Shown one piece after another: positions 52,508 to 62,179 of a DNA stretch of 64,000 nt (position 1 is its first letter; the number at the start of each line of letters is the position of its first letter). A program made the position numbers and the translations under genes. The stretch is from the IMG/VR virus record IMGVR_UViG_3300035492_000411, positions 6 through 64,005 of that record, one strand, 5' to 3'. Below the pieces are notes generated by a model. The model saw only the letters and a list, made by a program, of their open reading frames with translations, made no database searches and had not been told where the DNA came from. This DNA is from a virus.

Positions 52508-53536
52508 ATGTCCGCAGAAATGCAACTGGCCGAAGTGCCACCCAAGGAAACCGCCCTGCAGGTCTACTCGTCGGCCAACGGCCTTGATCCGTTCCTGCAG
52601 AAGATCCGTGAAGAGATCGACGGCTTTGTGCCGGACGTGACCACCCGCAAGGGCCGCGATGCGATTGCATCCATCGCCTACAAGGTCGCCCGCTCCAAGA
52701 CTGCTCTCGACAACGTGGGCAAGGAGCTGGTGGCCGAGCTGAAGGAAGTCCCGAAGAAGATCGACGCAGAGCGCAAGCGCATGCGTGACTTGCTGGACGG
52801 CTGGCAGGCAGAGGTACGGCAGCCGCTGACCGAGTGGGAAGAGGCAGAGAAGGCGCGCGCTGCCAAGCATGAGGCTGGCATTGCCCAGCTGAAGAACACC
52901 AACACCGAGGGCATGACTGCCGCCCTGATCGGCGCCCGCATTCAAGACCTCGACACCTGCGAGATCGGCCCTGACTGGGAAGAGTTCGAGGCCGAGGCGC
53001 ACCGCGTCAAGGCGGCATCGCTGGCTACCCTGCGCGAAGCCCTGGCTGCCCGCGAGAAATACGAGGCCGAGCAGGCAGAACTGGCAGAGCTGCGCCGCAA
53101 GCTGGCCGAGCAGGAGCAGAAAGACCGCGAGGCTCGCATTGCCCAGGAGGCCGCCGATAAAGCCCAGCGCGAAGCCGAGGCCAAGGCCCAGGCCGAGCGC
53201 GATGCAGCCGCCCAGCGTGAGCGCGACCTGGAACTGCAGGCTGAACGCGCCAAGCGTGCCGAACTGGAAGCCCAGCAGCGCGCCGAACAAGCCGAGCGCG
53301 ACGCCCTGGCAAAAGCCGAGCAGGCCGCCGCCGCCGAGCGCCAGCGCCAGGCCGACGAGCAAGCGCGCATCGAGGCCGAGGCCAAGGCGCGCGAGGCTGA
53401 CCGGGAGCACCGCAAGACCATCAACAGCGAAGCGCTGACAGCCTTCATCGCTGGCGGCATGACCGAGGACTGCGCCAAGCAGGCAATCACCCTGATCGCC
53501 CAGCGCAAGATCCCCCGCATTCAGATCACCTACTGA
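52508..53536 (+). CDS. Coiled-coil protein preceding the Bet/Exo module
   Basis: VPDVTTRKGRDAIASIAYKVARSKT..; long E/A/Q/R-rich helix. Confidence 0.8.
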   Translation: MSAEMQLAEVPPKETALQVYSSANGLDPFLQKIREEIDGFVPDVTTRKGRDAIASIAYKVARSKTALDNVGKELVAELKEVPKKIDAERKRMRDLLDGWQAEVRQPLTEWEEAEKARAAKHEAGIAQLKNTNTEGMTAALIGARIQDLDTCEIGPDWEEFEAEAHRVKAASLATLREALAAREKYEAEQAELAELRRKLAEQEQKDREARIAQEAADKAQREAEAKAQAERDAAAQRERDLELQAERAKRAELEAQQRAEQAERDALAKAEQAAAAERQRQADEQARIEAEAKAREADREHRKTINSEALTAFIAGGMTEDCAKQAITLIAQRKIPRIQITY

Positions 53537-53546
53537 GGCTTTCCAG

Positions 53547-54278
53547 ATGAGCAACGTAGCCACACTCAAGCCCACCAGCCTTGCCTCGCGCATGGCCGAC
53601 CGCTTCGGCGTAGACCCCTCGGAAATGATGGCCACCCTCAAGGCCACCGCCTTCAAGGGCCAGGTATCGGACGCGCAAATGCAGGCGCTGATGATCGTCG
53701 CCGACCAGTACGGCCTGAACCCCTGGACGAAAGAGATTTACGCCTTCCCCGACAAGGGCGGCATCGTCCCGGTGGTCGGCGTCGATGGCTGGTCGCGGAT
53801 CATCAACGAGAACAGCCAGTTCGATGGCATGGACTTCCAGCAGGACGATGAGTCTTGCACCTGCATCATCTACCGCAAGGATCGCAGCCACCCGATCAAG
53901 GTCACTGAGTGGATGAGCGAGTGCAAGCGCCCTACCCAGCCCTGGCAGTCGCACCCAAAGCGCATGCTTCGGCACAAGGCCATGATCCAGTGCGCCCGCA
54001 TCGCCTTTGGCTACACCGGCATCTACGACGAGGACGAGGCACAGCGCATCGTCGAGAAAGACGTGACACCGGGCGAGCCGGTCGAAGACGTGGCCGAGGC
54101 TCTATCGCTGATCAATGCGGCGCCAACCATGGAAGACCTGCAGGCTGCTTTCGGCGATGCCTGGAAGGCCTACAAGTCCAAGGGCGCCCGCGACCTGCTG
54201 ACAGCCGCCAAGGATGCCCGCAAGAAGGCTCTGCTTGAGCCAGTAGAAGCCGAGTATTCGGAGGTGCCAAATGATTGA
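53547..54278 (+). CDS. bet: Phage ssDNA-annealing recombinase Bet
   Basis: QYGLNPWTKEIYAFPDKGGIVPVVGVDGWSRIIN..HPKRMLRHKAMIQCAR.AFG. Confidence 0.93.
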   Translation: MSNVATLKPTSLASRMADRFGVDPSEMMATLKATAFKGQVSDAQMQALMIVADQYGLNPWTKEIYAFPDKGGIVPVVGVDGWSRIINENSQFDGMDFQQDDESCTCIIYRKDRSHPIKVTEWMSECKRPTQPWQSHPKRMLRHKAMIQCARIAFGYTGIYDEDEAQRIVEKDVTPGEPVEDVAEALSLINAAPTMEDLQAAFGDAWKAYKSKGARDLLTAAKDARKKALLEPVEAEYSEVPND

Positions 54279-54891
54279 GCAACGCAGCGAAGACTGGTTC
54301 GCCGCCCGCCTGGGCAAGGTGACCGCCAGCAAGGTCAAGGACGTAATGGCAAAGGGGCGCGGTGGCGCCCCTTCTGCTACCCGGCAGAACTACATGATGC
54401 AGCTGCTGTGCGAGCGCCTGACCGGCAAGCGCGAAGAAGGTTTCACCAGTGCCGCCATGCAGCGCGGCACCGACCTTGAGCCAGTCGCCCGCTCTGCCTA
54501 TGAGGTCGACAAGGCCGTCATGACGGTAGAAACAGGTCTGATTCTGCATCAGCGCATTGATGGCTTCGGTGCTTCTCCAGATGGCCTGGTGGGTGATCGC
54601 GGAATGCTGGAGATCAAGTGCCCGAACACGGCTCAGCACATTGCGGTGCTGCAGTCGGGCGCCCATGACTCAACCTACGACTGGCAGATGCTCGCGCAGA
54701 TGGCCTGCGCCGACCGCGACTGGGTGGATTTCGTGAGCTTCGACGACCGCCTGCCGGAAGAACTGCAGTACGCCTGCTTCCGCTTCCACCGCGACGAGTC
54801 GCGCATCCGCGACATGGAAACTGAAGTGAAGCTGTTCCTGGAGGAACTGGCGGAGCTGGAGCACGACATGCGCCGGAGAATGGCCGCCTAA
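54271..54891 (+). CDS. exo: YqaJ/lambda-type exonuclease
   Basis: EQRSEDWFAARLGKVTAS..GASPDGL..LEIKCP..QMLAQM. Confidence 0.92.
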   Translation: MIEQRSEDWFAARLGKVTASKVKDVMAKGRGGAPSATRQNYMMQLLCERLTGKREEGFTSAAMQRGTDLEPVARSAYEVDKAVMTVETGLILHQRIDGFGASPDGLVGDRGMLEIKCPNTAQHIAVLQSGAHDSTYDWQMLAQMACADRDWVDFVSFDDRLPEELQYACFRFHRDESRIRDMETEVKLFLEELAELEHDMRRRMAA

Positions 54892-54997
54892 GAACCCCGC
54901 CACCACGACACGGGGCGCCACCGGCAAGGCTTGGAGCCGCGCCGTAACGACAGGCTGGCCACCTGGGCATTCGGCCATCTAATTCGAGGTATCCGAC

Positions 54998-55573
54998 ATG
55001 TACACAGCAAACCATCACCTGGCCACGCAGAACCTGCCGACCGTCCAGAGCTGTGCGGAGAACCGCGCATGGCTTGAGCAGGCCATGGCCGAGTTCGAGC
55101 AGCGCGGTGGCGTGGTTCAGGAATGCGCTATCCGCGTCGGCGGCGATATCGGCGGCCAGTGGAACGGCGCCGGGGCGATTGTGCTGAGCACCGAAGATCG
55201 CACGAAAGACGCAGAAGACGCACAGCGCATTCGAGTGCTCGCCGACAAGGGCGCCGGCATCACGGCGATCAAGTATCACCTGAAGATTGATGCGCGCCGG
55301 ATCAAGCGACTTGCCCAGTCATACGGCATCAAGATCGCCAGTCAGCGCGGAGGCAACCGTGGCAACGGCCCGAACGAGGCCAATCGCAAGGCCACCGCAG
55401 AGCGAGGCCGCAAGCACCGTCAGCAACTGGCACGCCAGGCCATGCCAATGATCGCTGCCGGCGACTCCATGAACGCAATCGTCAAGGCGCTCGGTTGCAG
55501 CAAGCCGACCCTGGCGCGAGCAATCGAGGAAAACGGTTATGTCGAAAGAGGCCCATTGCATGACCGAATTTAA
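54998..55573 (+). CDS. Hypothetical protein with HTH-like segments
   Basis: GAGG SD; GDSMNAIVKALGCSKPTLARA. Confidence 0.7.
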   Translation: MYTANHHLATQNLPTVQSCAENRAWLEQAMAEFEQRGGVVQECAIRVGGDIGGQWNGAGAIVLSTEDRTKDAEDAQRIRVLADKGAGITAIKYHLKIDARRIKRLAQSYGIKIASQRGGNRGNGPNEANRKATAERGRKHRQQLARQAMPMIAAGDSMNAIVKALGCSKPTLARAIEENGYVERGPLHDRI

Positions 55574-55754
55574 TACCACCGAGGAACTGCAAGCGCTGCT
55601 GCGCGCCGAGCGCGACAGCCTAGCCCGGCTGCAAGACGCCGAGCCGACTTGGCGCCGCGCAGATCGCCCGCGTGGCCTGCGCAATATCCAGGCACTGCGC
55701 GAGCGGATCGATGCGCTGGCGGCAGAGCTGCGCATGGCGAAGGGGAAAGCCTGA
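55560..55754 (+). CDS. Hypothetical 64-aa protein
   Basis: GAGG SD, overlap-coupled. Confidence 0.6.
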   Translation: MTEFNTTEELQALLRAERDSLARLQDAEPTWRRADRPRGLRNIQALRERIDALAAELRMAKGKA

Positions 55755-56005
55755 TGGCCAAGACCGCCACCGAGCGCAAGCGCGAACAGCGCGAACGCGA
55801 CAAGCAATCCGAAGAAGAGCGCCTGTCACGCCTGCTGTCACGCAGCATCAAGCTCGACCTGTTCAAGTCCACCGACATGGCCCTGATTCGCGGCATGGCC
55901 CGCATGGGCATCGACGAGCCGCAGGACTACATCAGCCGGCTGATCCACAACGCCGACCTGCTGAATGACAACGGCCTGGAGCGCATGACGCGCCTCCCGC
56001 AGTAG
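55754..56005 (+). CDS. Hypothetical protein (MAKTATERKREQRER type)
   Basis: TGATG overlap; basic N-terminus. Confidence 0.7.
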   Translation: MAKTATERKREQRERDKQSEEERLSRLLSRSIKLDLFKSTDMALIRGMARMGIDEPQDYISRLIHNADLLNDNGLERMTRLPQ

Positions 56006-56080
56006 TCACGCCAACCTGTCACGCACAAACAAATTCACCCACCGGCAAGCCGGAAGGGTTCGCTCGCATTGGAGAAAGGT

Positions 56081-57472
56081 ATGAGCTGCGCCATAAACTA
56101 CGGCTCAATCTGCAGCGGCATCGAGGCCGCCACCGTCGCCTGGCACCCGCTGGGCTGGCGGGCGGAATGGTTCGCAGAGATCGAGCCGTTCCCCTCGGCG
56201 GTGCTCGCCTACCGCTGGCCCGAGGTTTCCAACCTGGGCGACATGACCAAGCTGACCCGCCAGGTTCTGGCCGGCAGTATCGCTGCGCCAGAGGTTCTGG
56301 TGGGCGGTACGCCATGCCAGGCGTTCTCTGTTGCCGGCATGCGCGCAGGCCTCGACGACCCGCGCGGCCAACTCACCATCAAGTATGTGGAGCTTGCAGA
56401 TGCAGTTGACCATGTTCGAACCGCCAGAGGCGAGCCAGAGTGCATCGTCGTCTGGGAAAACGTCCCCGGCGTCCTCTCCGACAAAGGCAATGCGTTCGGG
56501 TGTTTCCTCGGGGCCCTGGTGGGCGAATCCGATGCGCTCCAGCCGTCAGGGGGAAAATGGACGGACGCTGGTTGTGTGTATGGTCCCCGCAGAACAGCAG
56601 CATGGCGGGTGCTGGATGCCCAATATTTCGGCCTGGCCCAACGACGCCGCCGCGTGTTCGTTGTCGCAAGTGCTAGAGCAGGGTTCGATCCCGCACAGGT
56701 ACTTTTTGAGCGCGAAGGCGTGCGCCGGGATCATCCGCCGCGCCGAGGCGAGGGGGAAAACGCTGCCGCCTGCCCTACTCTCCGCGCTGGAGGCAACAGC
56801 ACTGGAGGAGACGGGCCGCCAGGAACAGACGTCGACACAGCTGACAGCTTGCAATTCGTCAGCGCCTACGGGGGGGGCAGAACTAGCGGCCCTGTAGACG
56901 TAGCCGCTTGCTTGGTGGCGAAAGGACAGAAGTGCGACTTTGAAGTTGAGACATTTTGCGTCCATGGCACCCAAGACCCATGTGTCAGTGATAAGGCATT
57001 TGCCCTTGGCCGCAACAGCGGGCAGGAGAATGCTGTTTTCGCCATACAGGACGGAGCTATGCGAGAGAACCAGTCATCTGGGCCGCAGGGGCTTGGCGTT
57101 CAATCTGACTTGGCCTACACGCTTGAGGCCCGCGCGGCTATGTCAAAGGTGCAGGCTGTTGCCGTCGCCCTTCGTGGTCGTGAAGGCGGCGCTACTGCTG
57201 AGCTTGGCGATGATCTTGCCGGCACTCTCCGTGCCAGCTCCGGTGGCGGTGACAATCCTCACGCCCTGGTTAGCTCTGCCTGCCGCCGATTAACGCCACG
57301 GGAAACGGAGCGCCTGCAGGGCTTCGAGGACGATTACACCCTGATCCCATGGCGCGGCAAACCTGCCGAGGAATGCCCGGACGGCCCGCGCTACAAGGCA
57401 ATCGGCAACAGCAAGGCCGTGCCGGTTGTTCGCTGGATTGGTCGCCGGATCAAGCAGCAGCTCGAACGATAA
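56081..57472 (+). CDS. C5 cytosine DNA methyltransferase
   Basis: GSICSGIEA (motif I), GGTPCQAFS (IV), ENVPG (VI), QRRRRVF (VIII), RRLTPRE..RLQGF, IGNS. Confidence 0.93.
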   Translation: MSCAINYGSICSGIEAATVAWHPLGWRAEWFAEIEPFPSAVLAYRWPEVSNLGDMTKLTRQVLAGSIAAPEVLVGGTPCQAFSVAGMRAGLDDPRGQLTIKYVELADAVDHVRTARGEPECIVVWENVPGVLSDKGNAFGCFLGALVGESDALQPSGGKWTDAGCVYGPRRTAAWRVLDAQYFGLAQRRRRVFVVASARAGFDPAQVLFEREGVRRDHPPRRGEGENAAACPTLRAGGNSTGGDGPPGTDVDTADSLQFVSAYGGGRTSGPVDVAACLVAKGQKCDFEVETFCVHGTQDPCVSDKAFALGRNSGQENAVFAIQDGAMRENQSSGPQGLGVQSDLAYTLEARAAMSKVQAVAVALRGREGGATAELGDDLAGTLRASSGGGDNPHALVSSACRRLTPRETERLQGFEDDYTLIPWRGKPAEECPDGPRYKAIGNSKAVPVVRWIGRRIKQQLER

Positions 57473-57556
57473 CCACCCAGCCCGGCCGCCATCCTTGCCC
57501 GATGCGCGGCCGGCGGGTGATCCGAGTATCAGCCCCATCCACCAGGAGTACGTCCA

Positions 57557-57709
57557 GTGAACTTCCCCGAGAACACCATAGAGTTCCAGCGTGGCTTTGC
57601 CGACTACTCGGCAGGGCTGGGCCGGGATGCCTGCCCATATCGATCCATCCGCAAGCGCTCGCTGTGGCACTGCGGCTGGCACGCAGCAGATCAGGAGCTA
57701 AGCCAATGA
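57557..57709 (+). CDS. Rmf/CrpP-fold-like 50-aa protein; not in the ORF track
   Basis: GTG start with AGGAG SD; FQRGFADYSAGLGRDACPYRSIRKRSLWHCGWHAA. Confidence 0.7.
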   Translation: MNFPENTIEFQRGFADYSAGLGRDACPYRSIRKRSLWHCGWHAADQELSQ

Positions 57710-59028
57710 CCATGAAAGAAGAATACACCGCCATCGACATGGCCACGGCTGCAGCCGATGGTTTTCGGGCTGGGCAAAGGGTCGCGCAATCGGTGGGTGT
57801 GCCGGATGGGTGGAAGATGGTCCCTGTTGAGCCGACGCCTGAGATGCTGGAGGCGGCATCCAAATGCTATGGCAACGACGATGACTGCTACCGCGACATG
57901 CTCGCCGCCGCCCCAACCGTCAAGGCTGAGCAGGCGCCCACGCCTGAGTTCGTATGGGTTCGCCTGCTTGAAGCGCTGGCGGGCGACAACGGATGCCCAT
58001 TCACTGCCAGCACCGACGATTACCGCGAAGCCAAGCCCGCCCTGGTGCAGCTGATCGCAGCCGGATTATTCCGCGATGACGCTGACAGCCTGGACGGCGA
58101 CATCTGGACCATCGCTGCGGGTGAACAGAGCGAAGCCGCTGCACGTTTTGCCAGTTGCGCCGACGCCTATGCAGTGCTGTCCGACGTGCTGAATCGCGTG
58201 TTTGAGCGGCCTGATGAAGCCCCCTCCCTGCCGGCTGCTGGATCGGCTGTGGAAGAGGTGGTGCCGCAATATCAAAGGGGAGCGCTGCTCATCGACAGCG
58301 ATACCATGTCACGCTTCACGCGTATCGCACGCGAAGCGGCCATCAGCGGCGTCCATCGGTATAGCTATATGCCGACCACCCCAGAGGAGGCGAAGAACTG
58401 GCATCCACATTCCTGGGTGATTGATGCCATGCATCTGGTACAGCGCGACGCGTTATCCGCCCTTTCCGCGCAGCAGTCCGCGCATGTGAGCATGCCGACA
58501 GACGCCGAACTGGTTGAGATGGCTCGCAAACTCGTGCGCTGCCAGTGCTGCGCGACCGAGTATCCGCACGACAGCTACGACGCGGGATTCATCGCTGGTA
58601 GCGGCATGTGTCAGGTATGCGACGCAGCTATTCCTGCCGTGGACTTGCCTTCTGCCGCTCCGGCTGAACAGCCGTATCCACATGGCATCGCGGAAGACCT
58701 TGAGCGCAGCGACTGGGCGCCGCTCGAAGCCCTCCAGTGGTACGCAGCGGGCAAGCACTTTGATGTCGTCGGCGGTCGTACTCGAATCATCGACACGGGC
58801 GCCGTGGCAAGCAACGCCCTCAAGCATGCTTCGCTCGACCGCCCTGAGCTGAAGGGTGACGCAGGGCTGTCGGAACTGCGCGCCGCCCTTTCCGCGCAGC
58901 AGTCCGCGCCCGATCGGGTGAGCGTGCCGGTGGAGTTGCTGGAGCGGCTTGAAACCTGGGTAACGGACGACTGTTCCGCGCTCGAAGAACTCCGCGCCCT
59001 TCTCGCCAGCCATGGGCAGGGGGAATAG
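57706..59028 (+). CDS. Mosaic early protein (Ead/Ea22-like modules)
   Basis: VPDGWKMVPVEPTPEMLEAA..Y..MLAAAP module; internal repeats. Confidence 0.75.
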   Translation: MTMKEEYTAIDMATAAADGFRAGQRVAQSVGVPDGWKMVPVEPTPEMLEAASKCYGNDDDCYRDMLAAAPTVKAEQAPTPEFVWVRLLEALAGDNGCPFTASTDDYREAKPALVQLIAAGLFRDDADSLDGDIWTIAAGEQSEAAARFASCADAYAVLSDVLNRVFERPDEAPSLPAAGSAVEEVVPQYQRGALLIDSDTMSRFTRIAREAAISGVHRYSYMPTTPEEAKNWHPHSWVIDAMHLVQRDALSALSAQQSAHVSMPTDAELVEMARKLVRCQCCATEYPHDSYDAGFIAGSGMCQVCDAAIPAVDLPSAAPAEQPYPHGIAEDLERSDWAPLEALQWYAAGKHFDVVGGRTRIIDTGAVASNALKHASLDRPELKGDAGLSELRAALSAQQSAPDRVSVPVELLERLETWVTDDCSALEELRALLASHGQGE

Positions 59029-59030
59029 CC

Positions 59031-59183
59031 ATGACAAATCAAGATCAAATCCGCCACCTGAAAGCTCGTATTGCTGATCTCTCTGAGTGGTTGCCATATG
59101 CAGACGGTCAAGCGTACTACGATGACAAGCGCAAGATTCAAGAGCTGACAGCGGAGTTGCTTGAATTGGAGAAGCAAAAATGA
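59031..59183 (+). CDS. Hypothetical 50-aa protein
   Basis: MTNQDQIRHLKARIADLSEWLPY..; ATGA-coupled to the next gene. Confidence 0.65.
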   Translation: MTNQDQIRHLKARIADLSEWLPYADGQAYYDDKRKIQELTAELLELEKQK

Positions 59184-59656
59184 GCGAACAAAGAGATTTA
59201 GAGCAAGAAAACAAGGCGCTCGAAGAGGACTACCTACGAATCATAAAAGCCCAGGACGAAAAGCACCGGGATCAGGTGGATGAATTAAAGCAAGAGATTA
59301 AGCGGCTGCGTTTGAATATCGCTGACTACGACACCCTTTCCGCCCAGCCAAAGTTCTGCTGCGAGCTTTCGTACAAGGCGGCAAAGCAAAAGGCATGGAA
59401 TGCGAGGCGCATTGACCGGTGCAAATGCGACCACAACGAGTATTGCGACCATTGCTGGCCGGCTGATTTCCGACCTGGCGGCAAGTGGCACGGCAAGTTC
59501 GTAGCACAGCAGTCCACGCATGTGAGCGTGCCAAGGGAGTTGGCGCGCAAGCTGGTTCGCACATATGAAAGATCAGTCATTGACGAGGCGCACTGGACGG
59601 ATATGGACGGTGAAATTACCCGACTCCGCGCCCTTCTCAATGGGGGTGAGGCATGA
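59180..59656 (+). CDS. Hypothetical mosaic protein with CxC...C..C motif
   Basis: ATGA coupling. Confidence 0.7.
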   Translation: MSEQRDLEQENKALEEDYLRIIKAQDEKHRDQVDELKQEIKRLRLNIADYDTLSAQPKFCCELSYKAAKQKAWNARRIDRCKCDHNEYCDHCWPADFRPGGKWHGKFVAQQSTHVSVPRELARKLVRTYERSVIDEAHWTDMDGEITRLRALLNGGEA

Positions 59657-59901
59657 GCCAGACATTCGAACAAGGCTGGGCAGCTCGTCCGTTTAAAGAG
59701 CAATTCCCGTTTCTTCCAGACAGGGAGGCTGAACGTCTTGACCGTCTAAACAGGGCAATTACGGACATGATAATGGCTGACCTGATCACCAATTCGCAGC
59801 TTGATTCAATTCGCCACAAGCGCTTCCCGAAGTTGGTTGGTGAAGTAGTGCGCGCATATCAAGACCGCCCCGCCGCTGCCACTGATGGGGGTGAGGCATG
59901 A
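59653..59901 (+). CDS. Hypothetical protein
   Basis: GAGG SD, ATGA coupling. Confidence 0.7.
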   Translation: MSQTFEQGWAARPFKEQFPFLPDREAERLDRLNRAITDMIMADLITNSQLDSIRHKRFPKLVGEVVRAYQDRPAAATDGGEA

Positions 59902-60140
59902 GCGACTTCGAGCGAGAGGTGAGCGAAAGCGCGCGTGGCTGGATGCGCACGCTCGGCCATTTCACACCGACCGTCAACCCTGCTTATCGGGAGGTGAAAG
60001 GCTCGATGTTGGGAGAGTACGGAGATGCCGAGAAGACGTACTTTGACAGCAAAGAGTTGCGCGAACTGGCGAAAGCATGCGCCGAGGTCGCTGATTGGCT
60101 GGATAAGCGCGCCGCTGCCGACGATGAAGGAGAGGTGTGA
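59898..60140 (+). CDS. Hypothetical protein
   Basis: GAGG SD, ATGA coupling. Confidence 0.7.
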   Translation: MSDFEREVSESARGWMRTLGHFTPTVNPAYREVKGSMLGEYGDAEKTYFDSKELRELAKACAEVADWLDKRAAADDEGEV

Positions 60141-60397
60141 TGGGAATTACCACGAAAACAGTCACGGTCGTGACGTGCGATCTTTGCTGGAAAGAATGCG
60201 GAGCAAACGATGGCGAGATCCGCATTCAGGTTACGCCCGGAGATGGCCGTGACGTTGGCCCTGGCTATGCAGTCGCGGTCATGGCGTTAGATATCCCGTA
60301 CCAGTCAAGTCGCGGCATCTTGTGCCGAGCATGCAAGATGAAAGTGCTGCGCGAGTACGTGAACGCCGACAGCGCAGCAGGAGGTCAAGATGAGTGA
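60137..60397 (+). CDS. Small Zn-finger-like protein
   Basis: CDLC...LCRAC; start GTG 60137 or ATG 60140. Confidence 0.7.
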   Translation: MMGITTKTVTVVTCDLCWKECGANDGEIRIQVTPGDGRDVGPGYAVAVMALDIPYQSSRGILCRACKMKVLREYVNADSAAGGQDE

Positions 60398-61574
60398 GCA
60401 AGTGCAATGCAACTGCGAGTGGAACCCCGACAGCCATGCCAAAACATGCCCGGTTTACCTGCAGCAGATGGTGGACGCCCTGCACGCAGAGGCCGAGGCG
60501 CTGCGGGCTGCACTACTCGGTATCGCATCCGTAAACCCCGCGGAGCGCGGCATTGAGTGGGCAAAGTCATATGCAAGTGACGGCCTCAAGGGCTCGGGTA
60601 GCGAGCTGTACGCGCGCTGGCTTGATACGTTCAAAGAGGCAGAGGCGCTGCGCGATCAAAACCGCGATCTGCGCATTGAGGCAGATGGCTGGTTTTCGCG
60701 AGTGAACGGGGTGGAAGCCAAACTGGAGGCGCTGCGGGCTGAGAATGAAAAGTGGCAACGCAGCCACCGGGATATCTATGAGCCAGCGCTGCGTGACGCC
60801 CATTCATACATCCAAGAACTGCGCGCCGAGCTGGAGGCGGCGCGGGGATTGCTGCGCGATGCAAATTGGTCGATGTGCTCAAGCCCGCTGTGCCAATCTG
60901 GAGTCATAGAGCGGTGCTGTTGCAGAAAGTGCGTGCACGGCCGTATTGACGCCTACCTCACCGCCAACCCGGCGCCGGAAGTGCGGCAGGCTGAGCAACG
61001 CTGGTCATCATTCAGTGAATGGCTGGCCTGGGAGTTGGATCAGGGCGACGGAACCATGGCGGCAGCGTCTGACGCAGAAACGCGACTGGCTCGCCGTCTG
61101 TGGTTCTGCTTGGAGCGCACGGCACTGGCCGAGCAGGGAGAGCGGCAGGAGCCGTTTGTGTGGATGAGGCCAGACGGAGATGAGTTCTTTGAGCTGACCA
61201 GCGAGGGCGATTATTTGTCCTTTCCACTCTACACCACCCCGCAGCCAGGCCCTGACGTGCGGGCGCTGGCTGCCTCTCTTTACCAAGCATGCGGAGCATA
61301 CGACATGCCGGAGCGCATTCTCGACGCGCTTAGCGCGGCTGCCAATGGCGAACCGTTCACGCACATGATTGATGGCCTGCTTCCTTGTGTACCGCCATCC
61401 GAACAAGATGTGCGGGCGCTGGTGGAGGCGCTAGAAAATTGCGCAGCAGCGATCGCGTGGAACTGTTTCGGAGAGTGTCGAGCTATACACGCGGGGCCAA
61501 TTATGCCAGCAGCTATGGCATTAGATACGGCCCGCGCCGCCCTCGCCACCCACCGCCAGGCGCACCCACAATGA
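60390..61574 (+). CDS. Mosaic early protein (Ead/Ea22-like)
   Basis: Repeated EAEALR and DVRAL junction motifs; PLYTTPQP module. Confidence 0.7.
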   Translation: MSEQVQCNCEWNPDSHAKTCPVYLQQMVDALHAEAEALRAALLGIASVNPAERGIEWAKSYASDGLKGSGSELYARWLDTFKEAEALRDQNRDLRIEADGWFSRVNGVEAKLEALRAENEKWQRSHRDIYEPALRDAHSYIQELRAELEAARGLLRDANWSMCSSPLCQSGVIERCCCRKCVHGRIDAYLTANPAPEVRQAEQRWSSFSEWLAWELDQGDGTMAAASDAETRLARRLWFCLERTALAEQGERQEPFVWMRPDGDEFFELTSEGDYLSFPLYTTPQPGPDVRALAASLYQACGAYDMPERILDALSAAANGEPFTHMIDGLLPCVPPSEQDVRALVEALENCAAAIAWNCFGECRAIHAGPIMPAAMALDTARAALATHRQAHPQ

Positions 61575-61644
61575 CCGCGCCCGAGGAAATCCACAGCGCC
61601 AGCGAGTTCATCGCGTGGCTGCATCACGAAGAGGATCGGCAGGC

Positions 61645-61875
61645 ATGAGCGCTGGGCATGACTACGAGCGCATCCGCGACCTCAAAGGAGGCTCTTTCGG
61701 GTGCTGTGTTGTTTGCGGCACGGCAAAGCACAAGGACGGTTGGTTCTGGCTCGCCGGCATACGCAGCAAGCATGAGCCTCCGTGCCATCAAGGCCACCCG
61801 ATGACCACGCCAGCTTTCGCCGAATGGATGAAGCAGGCTGAGAACATGTACCCGCCAGAGGCTTTCCTGCCATGA
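61645..61875 (+). CDS. Hypothetical Cys/His-rich protein
   Basis: ATGA coupling; CCVVCG. Confidence 0.55.
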   Translation: MSAGHDYERIRDLKGGSFGCCVVCGTAKHKDGWFWLAGIRSKHEPPCHQGHPMTTPAFAEWMKQAENMYPPEAFLP

Positions 61876-61909
61876 CCCCAATGACCGCCGCCCAGCAGGA
61901 TCAGCCCAA

Positions 61910-62122
61910 ATGACCACTCTCCCCTATGACGTATCGCGCTGCTCAGGGCGCTTCGACCTGCGGGCAGACGGCGAATGGTGCCCCGAGCGCGACACCTGCC
62001 AGCGCTATCTGGCGTGGAGCAAGCTGGATCGCAACGCAGGCGTTACCGACTACCAGCGCATCAGCGTGACGATGGGCCGGCTGGATTGCGGGATGAAGAT
62101 TCCAGCCGAACCCACCGCCTAA
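61910..62122 (+). CDS. Hypothetical Cys-containing protein
   Basis: LPYDVSRC.GR....WCP.R..CQRY. Confidence 0.65.
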   Translation: MTTLPYDVSRCSGRFDLRADGEWCPERDTCQRYLAWSKLDRNAGVTDYQRISVTMGRLDCGMKIPAEPTA

Positions 62123-62179
62123 TCACCCCACCCCATCCCCTTTTCTATCTGCCCACAACGTAGGGCGGGAGGATTTGTT

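Larger units (their letters stand above)
58457..59658 (+). repeat. Short direct repeats delimiting cassette modules
   Basis: 27-bp exact repeat at 58457-58483 and 58883-58909; variant at 59504-59532; ACTCCGCGCCCTTCTC at 58989 and 59623. Confidence 0.85.
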
